64,000 bases of DNA, taken from positions 17,286-81,285 of the forward strand of contig NW_015166455.1 of NCBI RefSeq assembly GCF_001447785.1. The letters run 5' to 3'. The translations under genes were made by a program, and so were the position numbers. Positions within the stretch are counted from its first letter, which is position 1, and each line of letters opens with the position of its first letter. The notes under the pieces are model-generated. The model saw only the letters and a list, made by a program, of their open reading frames with translations. It was not told where the DNA came from and searched no databases. This stretch comes from Gekko japonicus (Eukaryota). Positions 25,254-37,152 of the stretch are shown here, in pieces.

Positions 25254-26274
25254 TCGGGATCCCAAATTCTTACAGTGGCCACAAGTGAACTGCCCCGCAC
25301 TTAACATGAATTTTGCAACGTACTACAACCTATAATTTGATGTGAGGTTTACCGGATGGGAAATGTGAAAAAAACCAAAGTCTTCAAAAATGGTTCTGAT
25401 TTAAGGCACACTGCCTACAGCTGCACAGGGGAGAATTCTTAATTTCCCATCCCTGCTGTTGCGATCTGAAAAAAATCACCATTTCACTTTTTCTTCTCTC
25501 TTGTGTTTATTGAACCTAAAATCCTTTCTTTTTAGTGCCATTTTCTGTATCTTCAATGAAAATCTTTACATTTTGCGATGTTCTTTTGTGTCAATCTCAA
25601 CAGGCACCCAGATTTGAATCTTAAACCCAGATATGTGGACAGGAACAAACAAGACAGATGTTTCTACAAACCTAAGAAAAGTCCTGAGAAAAGATTTGCA
25701 GAAAAAACCCTGAAATCTTAAAAAAAATACTTTGAGAAGTTAACCCTTAAATAATAGAAATAGTGCCTGTATCTTTAAGAAATGAATGTCCTGTGTGATA
25801 TCGGTAAGCATGGGGGGGGGGGGCAAGGCAAACATGAAAATATTGACAGCCTTCAAACCTTGGTTTCTGTCTGTAAAAGGCAGGGTGAGAGGGCAGGGCC
25901 CTTTCAGGGATGTTTTGCCCTCCCAGTCCACCCATGCTCTCCTACCCCCTGCTCTGGAAGGAGGACTCATCAGGACCAGGCCTGGCAGCAACCACTGGGC
26001 AACTTGCTACCACACAACTTGTGCAATTCACCCAGACACAGTCTGACAGTGACTATCTCGTGACTCGCTACTATATGACAGCAGCCACTTCACAATCCAC
26101 CCAGCGATTTCCTACCATAAGATTATGAAATTTGCCCATGGCTGGCAGCTAGATAACTTGATGTCACACAACTCACTTGGGCCCAGCATCAGCCGCTGCA
26201 CAACTTGTATGACTTGGCTGCCAGGAGAGACTCAAAACAGCTTACAATGTTCTCCATTTTATCTTCACAACAAC

Positions 26275-26484
26275 CAGGGGTCATTTGGGGGGGGGACGCG
26301 GGGGGACGCCATCCCCCCGGGTGAGATGCAGGAGGGCGGGGCCTGGAGCTCCCTGCTGGTGCCCGCTGGAGGTCGCCGCCGGCTGTGGGGAGGACACACT
26401 TCCGGTGATGTCAGGGGGTGTGGCATATGCTAATGAGTTATGCTAATGAGTCCCCCTAGCTCTTTTTCTACGAAATGACCCCTG
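26275..26484 (-). mobile_element. hAT MITE (CAGGGGTCATTT TIR) nested in a CORE-SINE
   Basis: Perfect 8-bp TSD ACAACAAC; short relative of 53735-54198. Confidence 0.9.
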
Positions 26485-27419
26485 ACAACAACCCTTGGAG
26501 GTAGATTAATCTATGTGACTGGTCCTAGGTTTCCATGGCAGACTGGGGATTTGAATTTCTGTCTCCCACATCCTAGTCTGATGCTCTGACCACAACACCA
26601 CACTGGCTTTCCCCTCTCCTAAAGTGGGAGAAATAGAATGGCATTCTCAGTTGTGTAAAAGTGTACTTGCACCAACATATTTTTTTTAATGATGACTACG
26701 ACAAGCAAGTTGGAGGCTGACAACCAGTCATGCAACCGAGCCACACTTGAGAAAATACAACACCATTCTGAGAACATGGTGAACAAATAGTTAGGACCAT
26801 TTAACAAAATGGTGCCTCTATGCCACACAATGGAAAACAACACTCAGCAAATCAGTTCTTACAAAAAAGGAACTGCAACAGAATAGAAAGCAAAAACTGA
26901 TGATGATGCTCTCCAGAACCTTTGTTGTAACTGTGGATTCAAATAATGCTAATTGCACTATATTTGATGGATGCGGAACAATCTTTAATTTGCAGTGTAG
27001 TCATTCTGATTTTTTCTCGTATAAGGGCCAGATTAAGGCCAACTGATGCCCTAAGTACAGCCCAACAATGGTGCCCCTTGGACCTTCCATTGCTTAATTG
27101 ACAAGACATTGGTCAATTTCAGACAGCCTATGTATTCAGTTTCAGGAACCGATCACCAACGGGTTTTTTCTGATTTCAGACAGACCTGTTTTAGTAACTG
27201 GTCCCTGATGGAATATATTTACCTGTTCAGACAAACACACTTCTGTCCCTTTCAGGAAGCATGCCTGAAGCATTGTTGACTTGAACTGCTTTACTCCAGT
27301 CTTCAATCCTTCTGAAGTGCTATGGGGTGCTGTATAAAATGCCCTGTAGTGCTTCCTGCAGTGACCATTCTTTTTGCACCCTTTTTCTCCCTACGTACGA
27401 TCATCCTCTTTCCCCCCTG

Positions 27420-27868
27420 AACATTCTATTGGAAGTGCTATGGCGCTAAAGCAGGACTACAAATCAGCATCATAGCGACCCCATTTAGACACACTGACAT
27501 TTGCTTCTGCTGTCACTTGGAACAAGTACCTGATTGGACAGCATGTTTAAATGGGAAATCAGGGGCATAAGTGAATGATGAGACAGATGTTTGGTCGATG
27601 TTTTAAAAGTTTGCTTTAGAGGAAGTGTAGACTCAGGTGCACACACACAAGTCCATGGTTTGTGGGAGTTAAGGAAGGAAGGAAAGCTTCCTGGGTTTCA
27701 ACCCCCCCCCCACGCTTGAACTCTGTATCCAGTGAGATCCTTGTTTCCAGGTGACAGCAGTAGTGAATGTCAGTGTATCTAAATGGAGTCCAGGAATCTC
27801 AATGGGCTCACTATGGCGCTGATTTGTAGTCCTGCTTCAGTGCCATAGCGCTCCCAATACAATGTTTT
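27420..27868. repeat. Long imperfect inverted repeat (old MITE-like foldback)
   Basis: 27420-27526 is reverse-complementary to 27740-27868 (e.g. GCAGGACTACAAATCAGC / GCTGATTTGTAGTCCTGC). Confidence 0.75.
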
Positions 27869-28563
27869 TTAAAAAAAAAACTGTCAGGGAGATCATGTGC
27901 GCAGGAGGGGGAATGGTGGGAAAAGAAAGTGACACAGTTTGAAATGCCACACTGCTTCAGAGATGGCTCCTTACTGGAAGGGAAAGACTGTGTGAAACAG
28001 CCGTCCCTGTACCGGTTTATTCCATGACAGTACAATAACAGTTTAAAAAGGGTAATGTGAAATTCCACATTAAGACACAATAAGTGCTAAAGGTGAAATA
28101 AGAGATTAAAAATTCAGTTTTCTTCCAGGCCATCCCCCAGGACATACCCCACAACTATATTAAATTAAACTTTGTTTAAAAAAAAAATTCTTTAACACTA
28201 AATAATAGAAAGCAATATAAGCAAATTATTTATAACTAGAGCAACAGAAGAATGCAAATTTTCAACACTTTTAAATGCATTTTTAATAAAATTATTGTAA
28301 GAGAAAATACAAAAATTTATCGAAAACTATTTTTAATCACCCTCTCAAAGATTATAAGGCAAAATATGATCTGATATCATCTCTACTGAAATTATGTGAT
28401 CATGAAAGCATACTTTTCAATTTTGAAAATCCTTTTTCTACAGAAGTTGATGTTGGTGGACAATTTTTTAAATAAGATATTCTAATGGAGAAATATCATT
28501 AAGAAATATCATTATTTGTACAAAACAAAACATCTTTTATTCCACTGCTTTCTCACCTTGAAG

Positions 28564-28891
28564 TAGGGTTGCCAGGTCTCTTACCAACTGAGGCGGGGGA
28601 GGGGGGAGAAGCTCCTGGTCTGGGACATTCACGCATGTGCTATTGCACTAGGCATGTTGCTGGTGGACGCTCTAGCATTTGGCTTGAAAACCTTGTGACA
28701 CCATAGAATTTTCAGGGCAAATGCAAGAGCGCCTCCCTGGCGATCTGGCTGTCAGGGGGAATCCTGTCCCCCAAATGCCCAGATCAGGCCACATGCCCAG
28801 CATGATGATGTCACCCGGAGATGCTGGCTGGTGAGTCAGGGACTCCTTGAGTGGTCAAACCCCCGCCCCCCTGGGGGACCTGGCAGCCCAA
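28564..28891. mobile_element. hAT MITE (TAGGGTTGCCA TIR)
   Basis: TIRs TAGGGTTGCCAGGTC / GACCTGGCAGCCCAA; perfect TSD CCTTGAAG. Confidence 0.88.
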
Positions 28892-29364
28892 CCTTGAAGA
28901 TGTATAGCATTTCAATATACATGGATCAAAAGATGCAAAATAATGCTTATAGTTGCCTTCTAACTTTATTTATAGTTTAAAAAGTTTTTTCCTGCTTTTC
29001 TAAATGGCAAAGTTTTTGATCAAGTCCTCAAAACTAAGCTGGCGTAACCAATCTGCTTCTATACTTAGCAGAGACAAGGCATCTGGCCTGTCTTGTCACC
29101 TAGTTGCCCTTGCTGCCCCCACCCCCTTCTCAGTGCTAGTGGTTCCACTGCCCATCTTTTCCTATGACTAGCCATAACAGAAGGAATGACGGAGAAAAAT
29201 ATTTCATCTTCAAGGTCCACACTTCCCTTGGTGCCCTAAGTATGTGCTTATTTTGCCTAATGGTTAATCCAGAGCTGAATATAGTCCAATTATAGAGTTC
29301 ACTGACAATGAACTTGAATTTGCAATAACTGACTATATTTGGGAGATATATATATATATGTGGG

Positions 29365-29401
<37 letters not shown>

Positions 29402-29732
29402 TGTTTTCCTGTACATGTGGGGATATACTCAGGCAGAAGTATTTTACATATTATTCAGCTAGCACAATATTTCAGTCATAGTTCTCATTAAAGGTAAGTA
29501 TTCTGAAATGTATTGTTAGAAGTTACAAATAACCTGACATACTTATTGTGCAAAGGTTCCCCACTGGTGACATTTATATTCCATAAATGTTAAATTATGA
29601 CTTTATCACAGGAAATTGTGAGCCATACATCAAAACGAGTAAATAATAAACTGTGGACATTTACTATCCCCATTTATTTTTATGTAGATTCTATAACTTT
29701 TTAAAGCATGAGAGCACTTTAAAGCAAGCTGT

Positions 29733-30776
29733 CCTCCCTTCAAGAACGCAGTGGATGTCACGACAGCCCTGGTGGAATGAGCCCGCACCGGGCCTGGCAG
29801 CGGCTGCCTCGCCAGTAGGTAGCAGAGTTCTATCAGACCTACGATCCACTTGGATAGACATTGGGCAGTGATTGGAGTGCCCACACGAGGTGTAGCGTAA
29901 GAGACAAACAGCTGTGACGTTTGTCTGGTGGAGCGTGTCCTATTCAGATAGAAGAGGAGGGCCCGCATCACGTCCAAATTGTGCATAAGTCTGTCTTCCT
30001 GTGATTTCGGGTCAGGATAGAAATAAGGGAGGAAGACTTCAGACTGCAGATAGATTTCAGAGACCACTTTCGGCAAGAATGAAATGTCCGGCACCAGGCA
30101 GACACCATCTGGGAGGAAGGATAAGTATGGTGAGTCATGCCGGAAAGCCAGGAGTTCACCGACTCGCCTGGCCGAGGTGACTGCGACGAGGAATGCCATC
30201 TTCCACGCCAGGAGCTTCAGCTGACAGGTGGNNNNNNNNNNNNNNNNNNNNNNNNNNCTGGCGCAGGACCAAGGGAAGGTCCCATAAAGCTGTTGGAGCT
30301 TTGACTGGAGGGTATAAACGTAGCAAACCTTTCAGGAAATGTTTGGTAACCGGATGCGAAAACAGAGTGCAACCATCAATATGAATGTGGAAGGCCGATA
30401 ACGCGGCCAAGTAAACTCTTAACGAGGAGTGGGTAAATCCCGAGTCAGCCAGGGATAGGATGAACATAAAAACCTTATCGAGGCCAGCAGTTGTGGCTGT
30501 AAAGGTGTCAGTGTCCAAAAAGGAACAGAAGCATTTCCACTTGTAATCGTACGACTGATGTGTGGACGCTTTACGAGAGTTCATAAGGACCTCAATCACA
30601 CGAAACGAGAACGCCGGGCCTGTATCCGCCACGCAGTCAGCTTGAGCTGCGGAAGGTTGTGGTGGAGCACAGGCGACTGAGACAGGTGGAGCAAGTCTGG
30701 AGACGGTGGGAATTGGTGATACATCCCAGCCGACAGTTCCAGGACCGTGGAGAACCACAGCTGCCTTGGCCACCAA
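29733..30776 (-). pseudogene. DIRS tyrosine recombinase, spans an N-gap, C-terminally truncated
   Basis: SRKASTHQSY..KW, WDLPLVL, LVAVTSARRVGEL (catalytic R), FLPKV, AHSTR (H-x-x-R); similarity stops before the W and catalytic Y. Confidence 0.9.
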
Positions 30777-30790
30777 GGCGCTATGAGGAG
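30596..30790 (-). pseudogene. DIRS pol C-terminal remnant (methyltransferase-like domain)
   Basis: LIAPWWPRQLWF...PDLL...LKLTAWRI is typical of the DIRS ORF2 end; overlaps the start of YR. Confidence 0.75.
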
Positions 30791-30859
30791 ATGCACCAAG
30801 AGTTCAGACATCTTTTCCCACAAGGTGTACTGGTATCGACTCATACAGGCAAGATAGTT

Positions 30860-32557
30860 TTACACCTTCACGGCCAACGCTCCCGTTGAGTAGAAGCGGC
30901 GGCCAAAGGCATCCAACTTCTTGCCTTTCCTATCTGAAGGAGCGGAATGTGACTTTTTCAACTTGGATGACGAGGTGACGACTAAGGAGTTTGGTTGTGG
31001 ATGGGAGAGGAAGAACTCTGCCGCAGTTCGCTGAATGTGGTACATGTGGTCTAACTTTTTTGTAGAGACGGGGGCGGACGACGGTTTGTGCAAGACTGAC
31101 GACATTGGAAGCTCGACGACTGAGGACATGTCCAGTTGGACGATATCATAGAGAGAATCCGTAGATTGAGGATCCGTTTGAACAATTGACAGTCCCAATG
31201 CGTGGGCCATACCTTTTATGAGGTCGGTGTATGACAACAAGTTATCCGACGGGGATATTGGGAGGTTCTGAAACACGTCGGTATTGGGAGACGAATTATC
31301 TGGCGACGTTGGGGCTTCGGAAGGCTCGGTATCGGAACCAGATTCCGAAGGCTCTGAAGACTCGGGTTCCCCAGCTGGGGCAGGTCGACGAGGAGATGGA
31401 GCAGGCGGCTGGATTGGTGCAGCCGGTGTGTGCTCCAAATGCTTCCGAGGAGGAGGTTGGACAGAAGATGTTCCCGACAGTGGAACATTGTCCGGTTGAG
31501 AGGGACGAGAGACCGTAGCAGATGGAGAACGAGACCTGTGGGAAGATCGACAGGAGTATCTGTCCCAGTCAGTGTATCCCGTAAGGCCGAGCCAAGGCAT
31601 AGGAGGATGGTAAGGACCGTACAGGTAACGGAACTGCCTTTCATCCCAAGACATCGGAGGCGGCATGCACGACCTCGGGGAATGGCTCCTCGACCTTGGA
31701 CGACGTGGGGAAAACCTTGACGGAAGAGCATACGTGGCCCTTCTACAGTCAAAGGCGTCGATATCGACAGACTCAGGCGACAAACGGGGAGGCCGATGCT
31801 CCGCACTGGATCTTGAGCATCGATGCCGTCGGCCATCGGTGTCGGGTGGCTCTGAGACGATCGAAGCCGACGAGCTTGTTGGACCAGGAGAAGACTCTGC
31901 ACCCAGCTGGTGACTTACGAGTTCCATTTGGTCGATATCGTACAAGGCTGTCTCCACCTGATGGTCTGGAGAGTCTAGCACAAGTACCGTAGTCTCAGAC
32001 ACGACCTGGTTCACCGGTATCGATGCAATCGGTGTCGAACCAGTCGGTATCGATGGCGTCGATGGTGGAGGAAGGGCCGGAGCTGCTGGCACAGAGTCCT
32101 TCTTAGCAGGCTTCGCAGCCTTGACCACCTTCTGCGTCGCCACTGCAGGGTTGGACTTCTTGGCCTTCTTAGCAGGGGTGGACGCTGTGGAAGGAACGTT
32201 TGGTACCTTAGGTTTTGGTTTCGACCTCTCGGTATCGGAAACAGACTTAGCCTTCGACGTCGACGGTTTCAAAGCCGATGCGTCGGTGGCGGAAGACATA
32301 GCGACGGATGAAGTGACTGACGGGTCAGCCATCGGGTGAAGCGCTTTCTCCAAGAGGAAAACTCTCAAGCGTGCCGCTCTGTTCTTCCGAGTTTGGTTTG
32401 AAAATGGCGCACAATGTTCACAGGAGTCTGGATTGTGGGTCTCCCCAAGACAGAAAATACAGTACTTATGACCGTCTGGAGGAGCCAATTTACTTCCACA
32501 AGTACGACAACGATTGAAAAATCCCCACTTCTTCAACTTTTTTTTCTTTTTCTCCAT
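30860..32557 (-). CDS. DIRS ORF1 (gag-like): N-terminal Cys/His finger, low-complexity linker, LAP2alpha-like domain
   Basis: 565 aa open; CRTC..DGHKYCIFCLGETH..SCEHC; HPQPNSLVV and PSDRKGKKLDAFGRRFY motifs; ends at an in-frame TAA followed by NYLACMSRYQYTLWEK. Confidence 0.85.
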   Translation of the reverse strand: MEKKKKKLKKWGFFNRCRTCGSKLAPPDGHKYCIFCLGETHNPDSCEHCAPFSNQTRKNRAARLRVFLLEKALHPMADPSVTSSVAMSSATDASALKPSTSKAKSVSDTERSKPKPKVPNVPSTASTPAKKAKKSNPAVATQKVVKAAKPAKKDSVPAAPALPPPSTPSIPTGSTPIASIPVNQVVSETTVLVLDSPDHQVETALYDIDQMELVSHQLGAESSPGPTSSSASIVSEPPDTDGRRHRCSRSSAEHRPPRLSPESVDIDAFDCRRATYALPSRFSPRRPRSRSHSPRSCMPPPMSWDERQFRYLYGPYHPPMPWLGLTGYTDWDRYSCRSSHRSRSPSATVSRPSQPDNVPLSGTSSVQPPPRKHLEHTPAAPIQPPAPSPRRPAPAGEPESSEPSESGSDTEPSEAPTSPDNSSPNTDVFQNLPISPSDNLLSYTDLIKGMAHALGLSIVQTDPQSTDSLYDIVQLDMSSVVELPMSSVLHKPSSAPVSTKKLDHMYHIQRTAAEFFLSHPQPNSLVVTSSSKLKKSHSAPSDRKGKKLDAFGRRFYSTGALAVKV

Positions 32558-33840
32558 AGACTGAGGAGGAAAAAGTCCAAACGACGAGAAGGGTTGGGGG
32601 GGGGCAGCGGCCCGAAGGCCTGAGGTAATTTTACCTCAGACGACGAAAAAAGAAACTCTCCTTTTTTTAAAAAAAAGAAAAAACACGACAAGAATAAGGA
32701 AAATAGAAGAGAAACTGAGAGAGAAAATTGAGAGCTGATCACTAAAAATGACGAAAAACAGCGATCCGGACAGACCTCTCGAAGACAGGTCTGCTCAGCG
32801 CAGCGGTAAGGAAAGAACTGGCGGGATGTCCGTGCCTGCCCTTCTGGGCATGCTCACTGGGGCTCCTGAGCATGCTCAGTTGGGCCAGGCACGAAAATCC
32901 TTTTAAGAGAGCTTGCTACGGCACCGGCAGATCCAGCGCAGGCGCACTAGATCCCATTGGTGTGAAGCACAGAGACCACGAAGAAGATCAGTTGTGTTCC
33001 TAAAGCTGTTCCTAAAGCTGTTGCAGAAAAACCAGGGTAGGGAATGACTTCAGCACTTCAGAAGTTCTTCCACCCTTGTATTTACAGAGCAGATGAGGAT
33101 TCTCTGGGGACAACTACCAAGAGGTAATTTATCAGAAAAGTAGTGGCCCCTCTGTTTTGTAGTTTAAACATATGTGGCCGAGTCTCACCTGAAATGGCTG
33201 GATTGCAGACCCAGGCTCTGGAGTGGTCTGGAGTAGGATTTTTCTGCCCTTAGCTGAATGGCCAGCAAGGGTGGAAGCCTCAGACCACTACACTGGCTGG
33301 CCACACATCATCTCAGGGAGGTCGGCTGTTTGGCAGGCAAAGGTTTTGGTGGGCTCTACATATGGATTAGATAGTGCTTGCTCAGCTCTATTTAAACTGT
33401 GCTGCCTGGTGGGTCTGCCCACATGGTTTTTCCAGATCCTGGAGGCATCCTGCAGCTGCATGTCCTCGCTTGGCTCTTTGGCTTGGATTCTTTCTTTGGA
33501 TCATCTCGGCTCTGCAGATTGACCGTTCTACTCAGCTCCTTGGCAGCTGCTCCTTCAGCTCTCTCTGGGTTATTTTTTCGGCAGGCTGGGTTGGCTCTCC
33601 TGGATCTTGTTGGCTGGTGGTCCAGAGCATCTGTGATCTTTGGTACTAAAGACTTCCTGGTTTGCTGCTTTTTCCTGCTTGGCTTAAGGCTGCCACCTGG
33701 GGTGCATTCCTTGCTCCCAGAGCCACAAGACCTCCTTCGTTAGTGCCCAGTCTTGGGGTGGATTTCCCACTCCTTTCCTGGTGGGTGAGTCTTTTTCAAT
33801 TAAGATTGTAGCATACAATCAATAGTATTGTAGATGTAAA

Positions 33841-34186
33841 AAAAGGTAAAAGGTAAAGATTCCCTTGCTCGAAAGCCAGTCGAATCCGACTCTAGGGTTG
33901 TGGTGCTCATCTACGTTTCAAAGCCGAAGAGCCAGCACTGTCCGAAGACGTTTCCGTGGTCATGTGGCCTGCATGACTAAACACCAAGGCACACTGAATG
34001 CTGTTACCTTCCCACCGAAGTGGTACCTATTTATCTACTTGATATTTCTTGCTTTCGAACTGCTAGGTTGGCAGGAGCTGGAACTAGAGACGGGAGCTAA
34101 CTCCGTCATGCGGCACACTCGGGTCTCGAACTGCTGAACTACCGATCTTCCACAGCCTGCAGTTCAGCGTCTTAACCACTTGAGCC
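33841..34186 (-). mobile_element. Sauria SINE
   Basis: Highly similar to the 10261 and 47716 copies. Confidence 0.9.
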
Positions 34187-34740
34187 ATTTATTAAAGCAC
34201 TTTTAAATTTTATTAATTAGAAAGTTTTACAAAGATCCATTTATCATACTATGCATAATATAAAAACTATAACAGAACATGAACAAGGTAAAAAAATTCA
34301 AAAGGTGGCTTTGTCAAAATGGGGCTTTATCAAACAGGCTGGCATTTGAGTTTACATAATCAGAAATATTTCATCAAATTGGATCTTACAAAAGACAAAA
34401 GGGTAATATATAAAACAGCTGACTAAATGAAGAGTGTTATGAGTATCTCAACACATTAAAGATCCATAAAATAAGTTCTATTACATCTCAGAGAGGTACT
34501 GAGGAACAGTTTCCTACTGAAAATTGGCACCTGAATTTACTTAGGGTCACTTTGAAACACTGGTGCTTCCGAAGTACAATTCTGACACATAAATAATGCA
34601 AAACAGGACAATAAAACACATGGGTCCATAAGCATGTGAAAAGCTAAACCTCTCAGAGTTACAAGGCTTGGGTTAATCCAAGATCTTATTTATTATATTA
34701 TTTAGCAAAGCAAGGAATTAATTGATTTGGTACATAACAT

Positions 34741-35298
34741 TTGATGGTATTGCAGCTGAGCTATTCAAAGTCTTGAAAGAGGATGCTGTTAAAGTGCTGC
34801 ACTCAATATGCCAGCAAATTTGGAAATGCAGCAGTGGCCACAGGATTGGAAAAGGTCAGTTTACATTCCAATCCCAAAGAAGGGCAATGCCAAGGAATGA
34901 TCAGACTATTGCACAATTGCACTCATTTCACATGCTAGCAAGGCCATGCTCAAGATCCTTTAAGCTAGGCTTCAGCAATACGTGTATAGAGAACTGCCAG
35001 AAGTACAAGCTGGGTTTCAAAGAGGTAGAGCAACTAGAGATCAAATTGCCAACATTCACTGGATTATGGAGAAAGCAAGGGAGTACCAGAAAACCATCTA
35101 CTTCTGCTTCATTGACTACACTAAAGCCTTTGATTGTGTGGATCACAACAAACTGTGGCAAGTCCTTAAAGAGATGGGAGTACCAGACCACCTCACATGT
35201 CTCCTGAGAAACCTGTATAAGGGTCAAGAAGCAACAGTTAGAACAGGACATAGAACAACTGATTGGTTTAGCATTGGAAAAGGAGTACGACAAGGATG
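34741..35298 (+). mobile_element. Bov-B internal RT fragment (frameshifted)
   Basis: DGIAAELFK..., ELPEVQAGFQRGR..., CFIDYTKAFDCVDH..., KGVRQG. Confidence 0.92.
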
Positions 35299-35375
35299 CC
35301 CAGGATATTGAGGTGGGCCTTAAGTTTGCTGGAATACCAGTTTGAAGTCGAGCATTTAAAGGGGAAGGAAAATGT
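35299..35375 (+). mobile_element. Ty3/Gypsy RNase H fragment
   Basis: PRILRWALSLLEYQFEVEHLKGKENV matches the Gypsy R..RW.L.L.EY.F...H..GK.N motif. Confidence 0.7.
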
Positions 35376-35396
35376 GCTCTCTTTATTTCTGAGCAC

Positions 35397-35930
35397 TGTA
35401 GGCCCCCCGAATCAGGACCTCAATTTATGCTGGGGACTCAATGTTAATCAGGTAGCGTGCTCACATATCCTGAGTCCCCTTTGTTTCCCCAGGCTAACGG
35501 GCTCAGCTTAGGAGAGATGAAGAGGGCACATGAACAGTCTCTACTGCCCAGAGATTCATTCAGACTCCCAGCTCATAAAACATAAAGGTTTATTTGGAGT
35601 GATTAAAACAAATAGGGGGAGTTTACAAAATAAAATAGACAATAGACAAAACCTAACCCTAACTATGCTAGCTATTCTAAACAAATGGTTTGTTGTTCCT
35701 TTCTCCCTGGAACTCCACCTCCGATTTGGCTCGGCTACTTGCTTCAGGGTCTGCTCACAACTTGAGCCGTACCTCCCAGGGCTTGTTGCCACTGGCCTGT
35801 TCCGACTGTCCTGGAGACTTCCTCTAGTCCCTTAGCACAGCCAAAGCTTGCTTGCTTGCAGACACTTGTGGTCTTCTAAGCAGCCCCTGCACCCAGACTA
35901 TACCTCACGGTGTGCAGTTCAGGAAGATTG
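35397..35930 (-). mobile_element. LTR-like fragment
   Basis: Begins TGTAGG; TTTATT (AATAAA on minus) at ~35589; the other end is cut by Bov-B. Confidence 0.45.
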
Positions 35931-37152
35931 AACTAGGCTTCAACAGTACTGCCGGACGTACAAGCTGGGTTTCGAAGAGGTAGAGGAACTAGAGATCAAA
36001 TTGCCAACATTCGCTGGATTATGGAGAAAGCAAGAGAGTACCAGAAAAACATCGACTTCTGCTTCATTGACTATGCTAAAGCCTTTGACTGTGTGGATCA
36101 CAACAAACTATGGCAGGTCCTTAAAGAGATGGGAGTACCAGACCACCTCACATGTCTCTTGAGAAACCTGTATAAGGGTCAAGAAGCGACAGTTAGAACC
36201 GGATATGGAACAACTGATTGGTTTAGCATAGGAAAAGGAGTACGACAAGGATGTATATTGTCACCTTGCTTATTTGATATATATGCAGAGTACATCATGC
36301 GAAACGCTGGCCTGGATGAATCACAAGTAGGAATTAAGATTTCTGGGGAAAAGATCAACAACCTCAGATATGCAGACGATACCACTCTAATGGCAGAAAG
36401 TGAAGAGGACCTAAAGAGCCTCTTGCTCAGGATAAAAGAGGAGAGCGCAAAAGTGGGCTTGAAGCTCAACATCAAAAAAACTAAGATCATGGCATCCAGC
36501 CCCATCACTCCTTGGCAAATAGAAGGGGAAGTCGTAGAAGTAGTGACAGACTTCACATTCCTGGGATCCCAGATCACCACAGACGGTGACAGCAGCCATG
36601 AAATTAAAAGACGCCTGCTCCTTGGGAGGAAAGCGATGGCGAACCTAAACAGCATGATAAAAAGTAGAGACATCACCCTGCCAACAAAAATCTGCATGGT
36701 CAAAGCAATGGTATTCCCAGTAGTCATGTATGGCTGCGAGAGTTGGACTATAAGGAAGGCCAAGCACCGAAGAATAGATTCTTTTGAACTGTGGTGCTGG
36801 AGAAGACTCTTGAGAGTCCCTTGGACTGCAAGAAGATCAAATGAGTCAATCCTAAAATAAATCAACCCGGACTGTTCCCTGGAAGGCCAGATAATGAAAC
36901 TGAAGCTCAAATCCTTTGGCCACCAAATGAGAAGGGAGCACTCACTGGAGAAGACCCTGATGCTGGGAAAGATTGAAGGCCAAAGAAGACGGGGACGGCA
37001 AAGGATGAGATGGTTAGACAGTGTCATAGATGCAACGAACATGAAATTGAGCCAACTTCAGAGGACGGCGAAAGACAGGAGGGCCTGGCGGGATCTGGTC
37101 CATGGGGTCGCGAAGAGTCGGACTCGACTGTGCGACTGAACAACAACAACAA
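35931..37152 (+). mobile_element. Bov-B (RTE) LINE 3' 1.2 kb with RT core
   Basis: ORF 36021-36860 with QGCILSP and YADD; one GAA>TAA stop at 36858 (GAA in the 21185 copy); (CAA)n tail. Confidence 0.96.

Larger units (their letters stand above)
29733..32987 (-). mobile_element. DIRS1-type tyrosine-recombinase retrotransposon, internally deleted and 3'-truncated
   Basis: Order on minus strand is gag, pol C-terminal remnant, YR; 5' terminus TTCTTCGTGGTCTCTGTGCTTCACAC..ATGGG resembles recalled vertebrate DIRS ends; no TSD seen. Confidence 0.9.

Noticed and set aside
30156-30776. Phage integrase or bacterial contamination
   Set aside because: The recombinase motifs and the gag context identify a DIRS retrotransposon
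36179-37042. 287-aa minus-strand ORF
   Set aside because: Antisense shadow of the Bov-B RT frame
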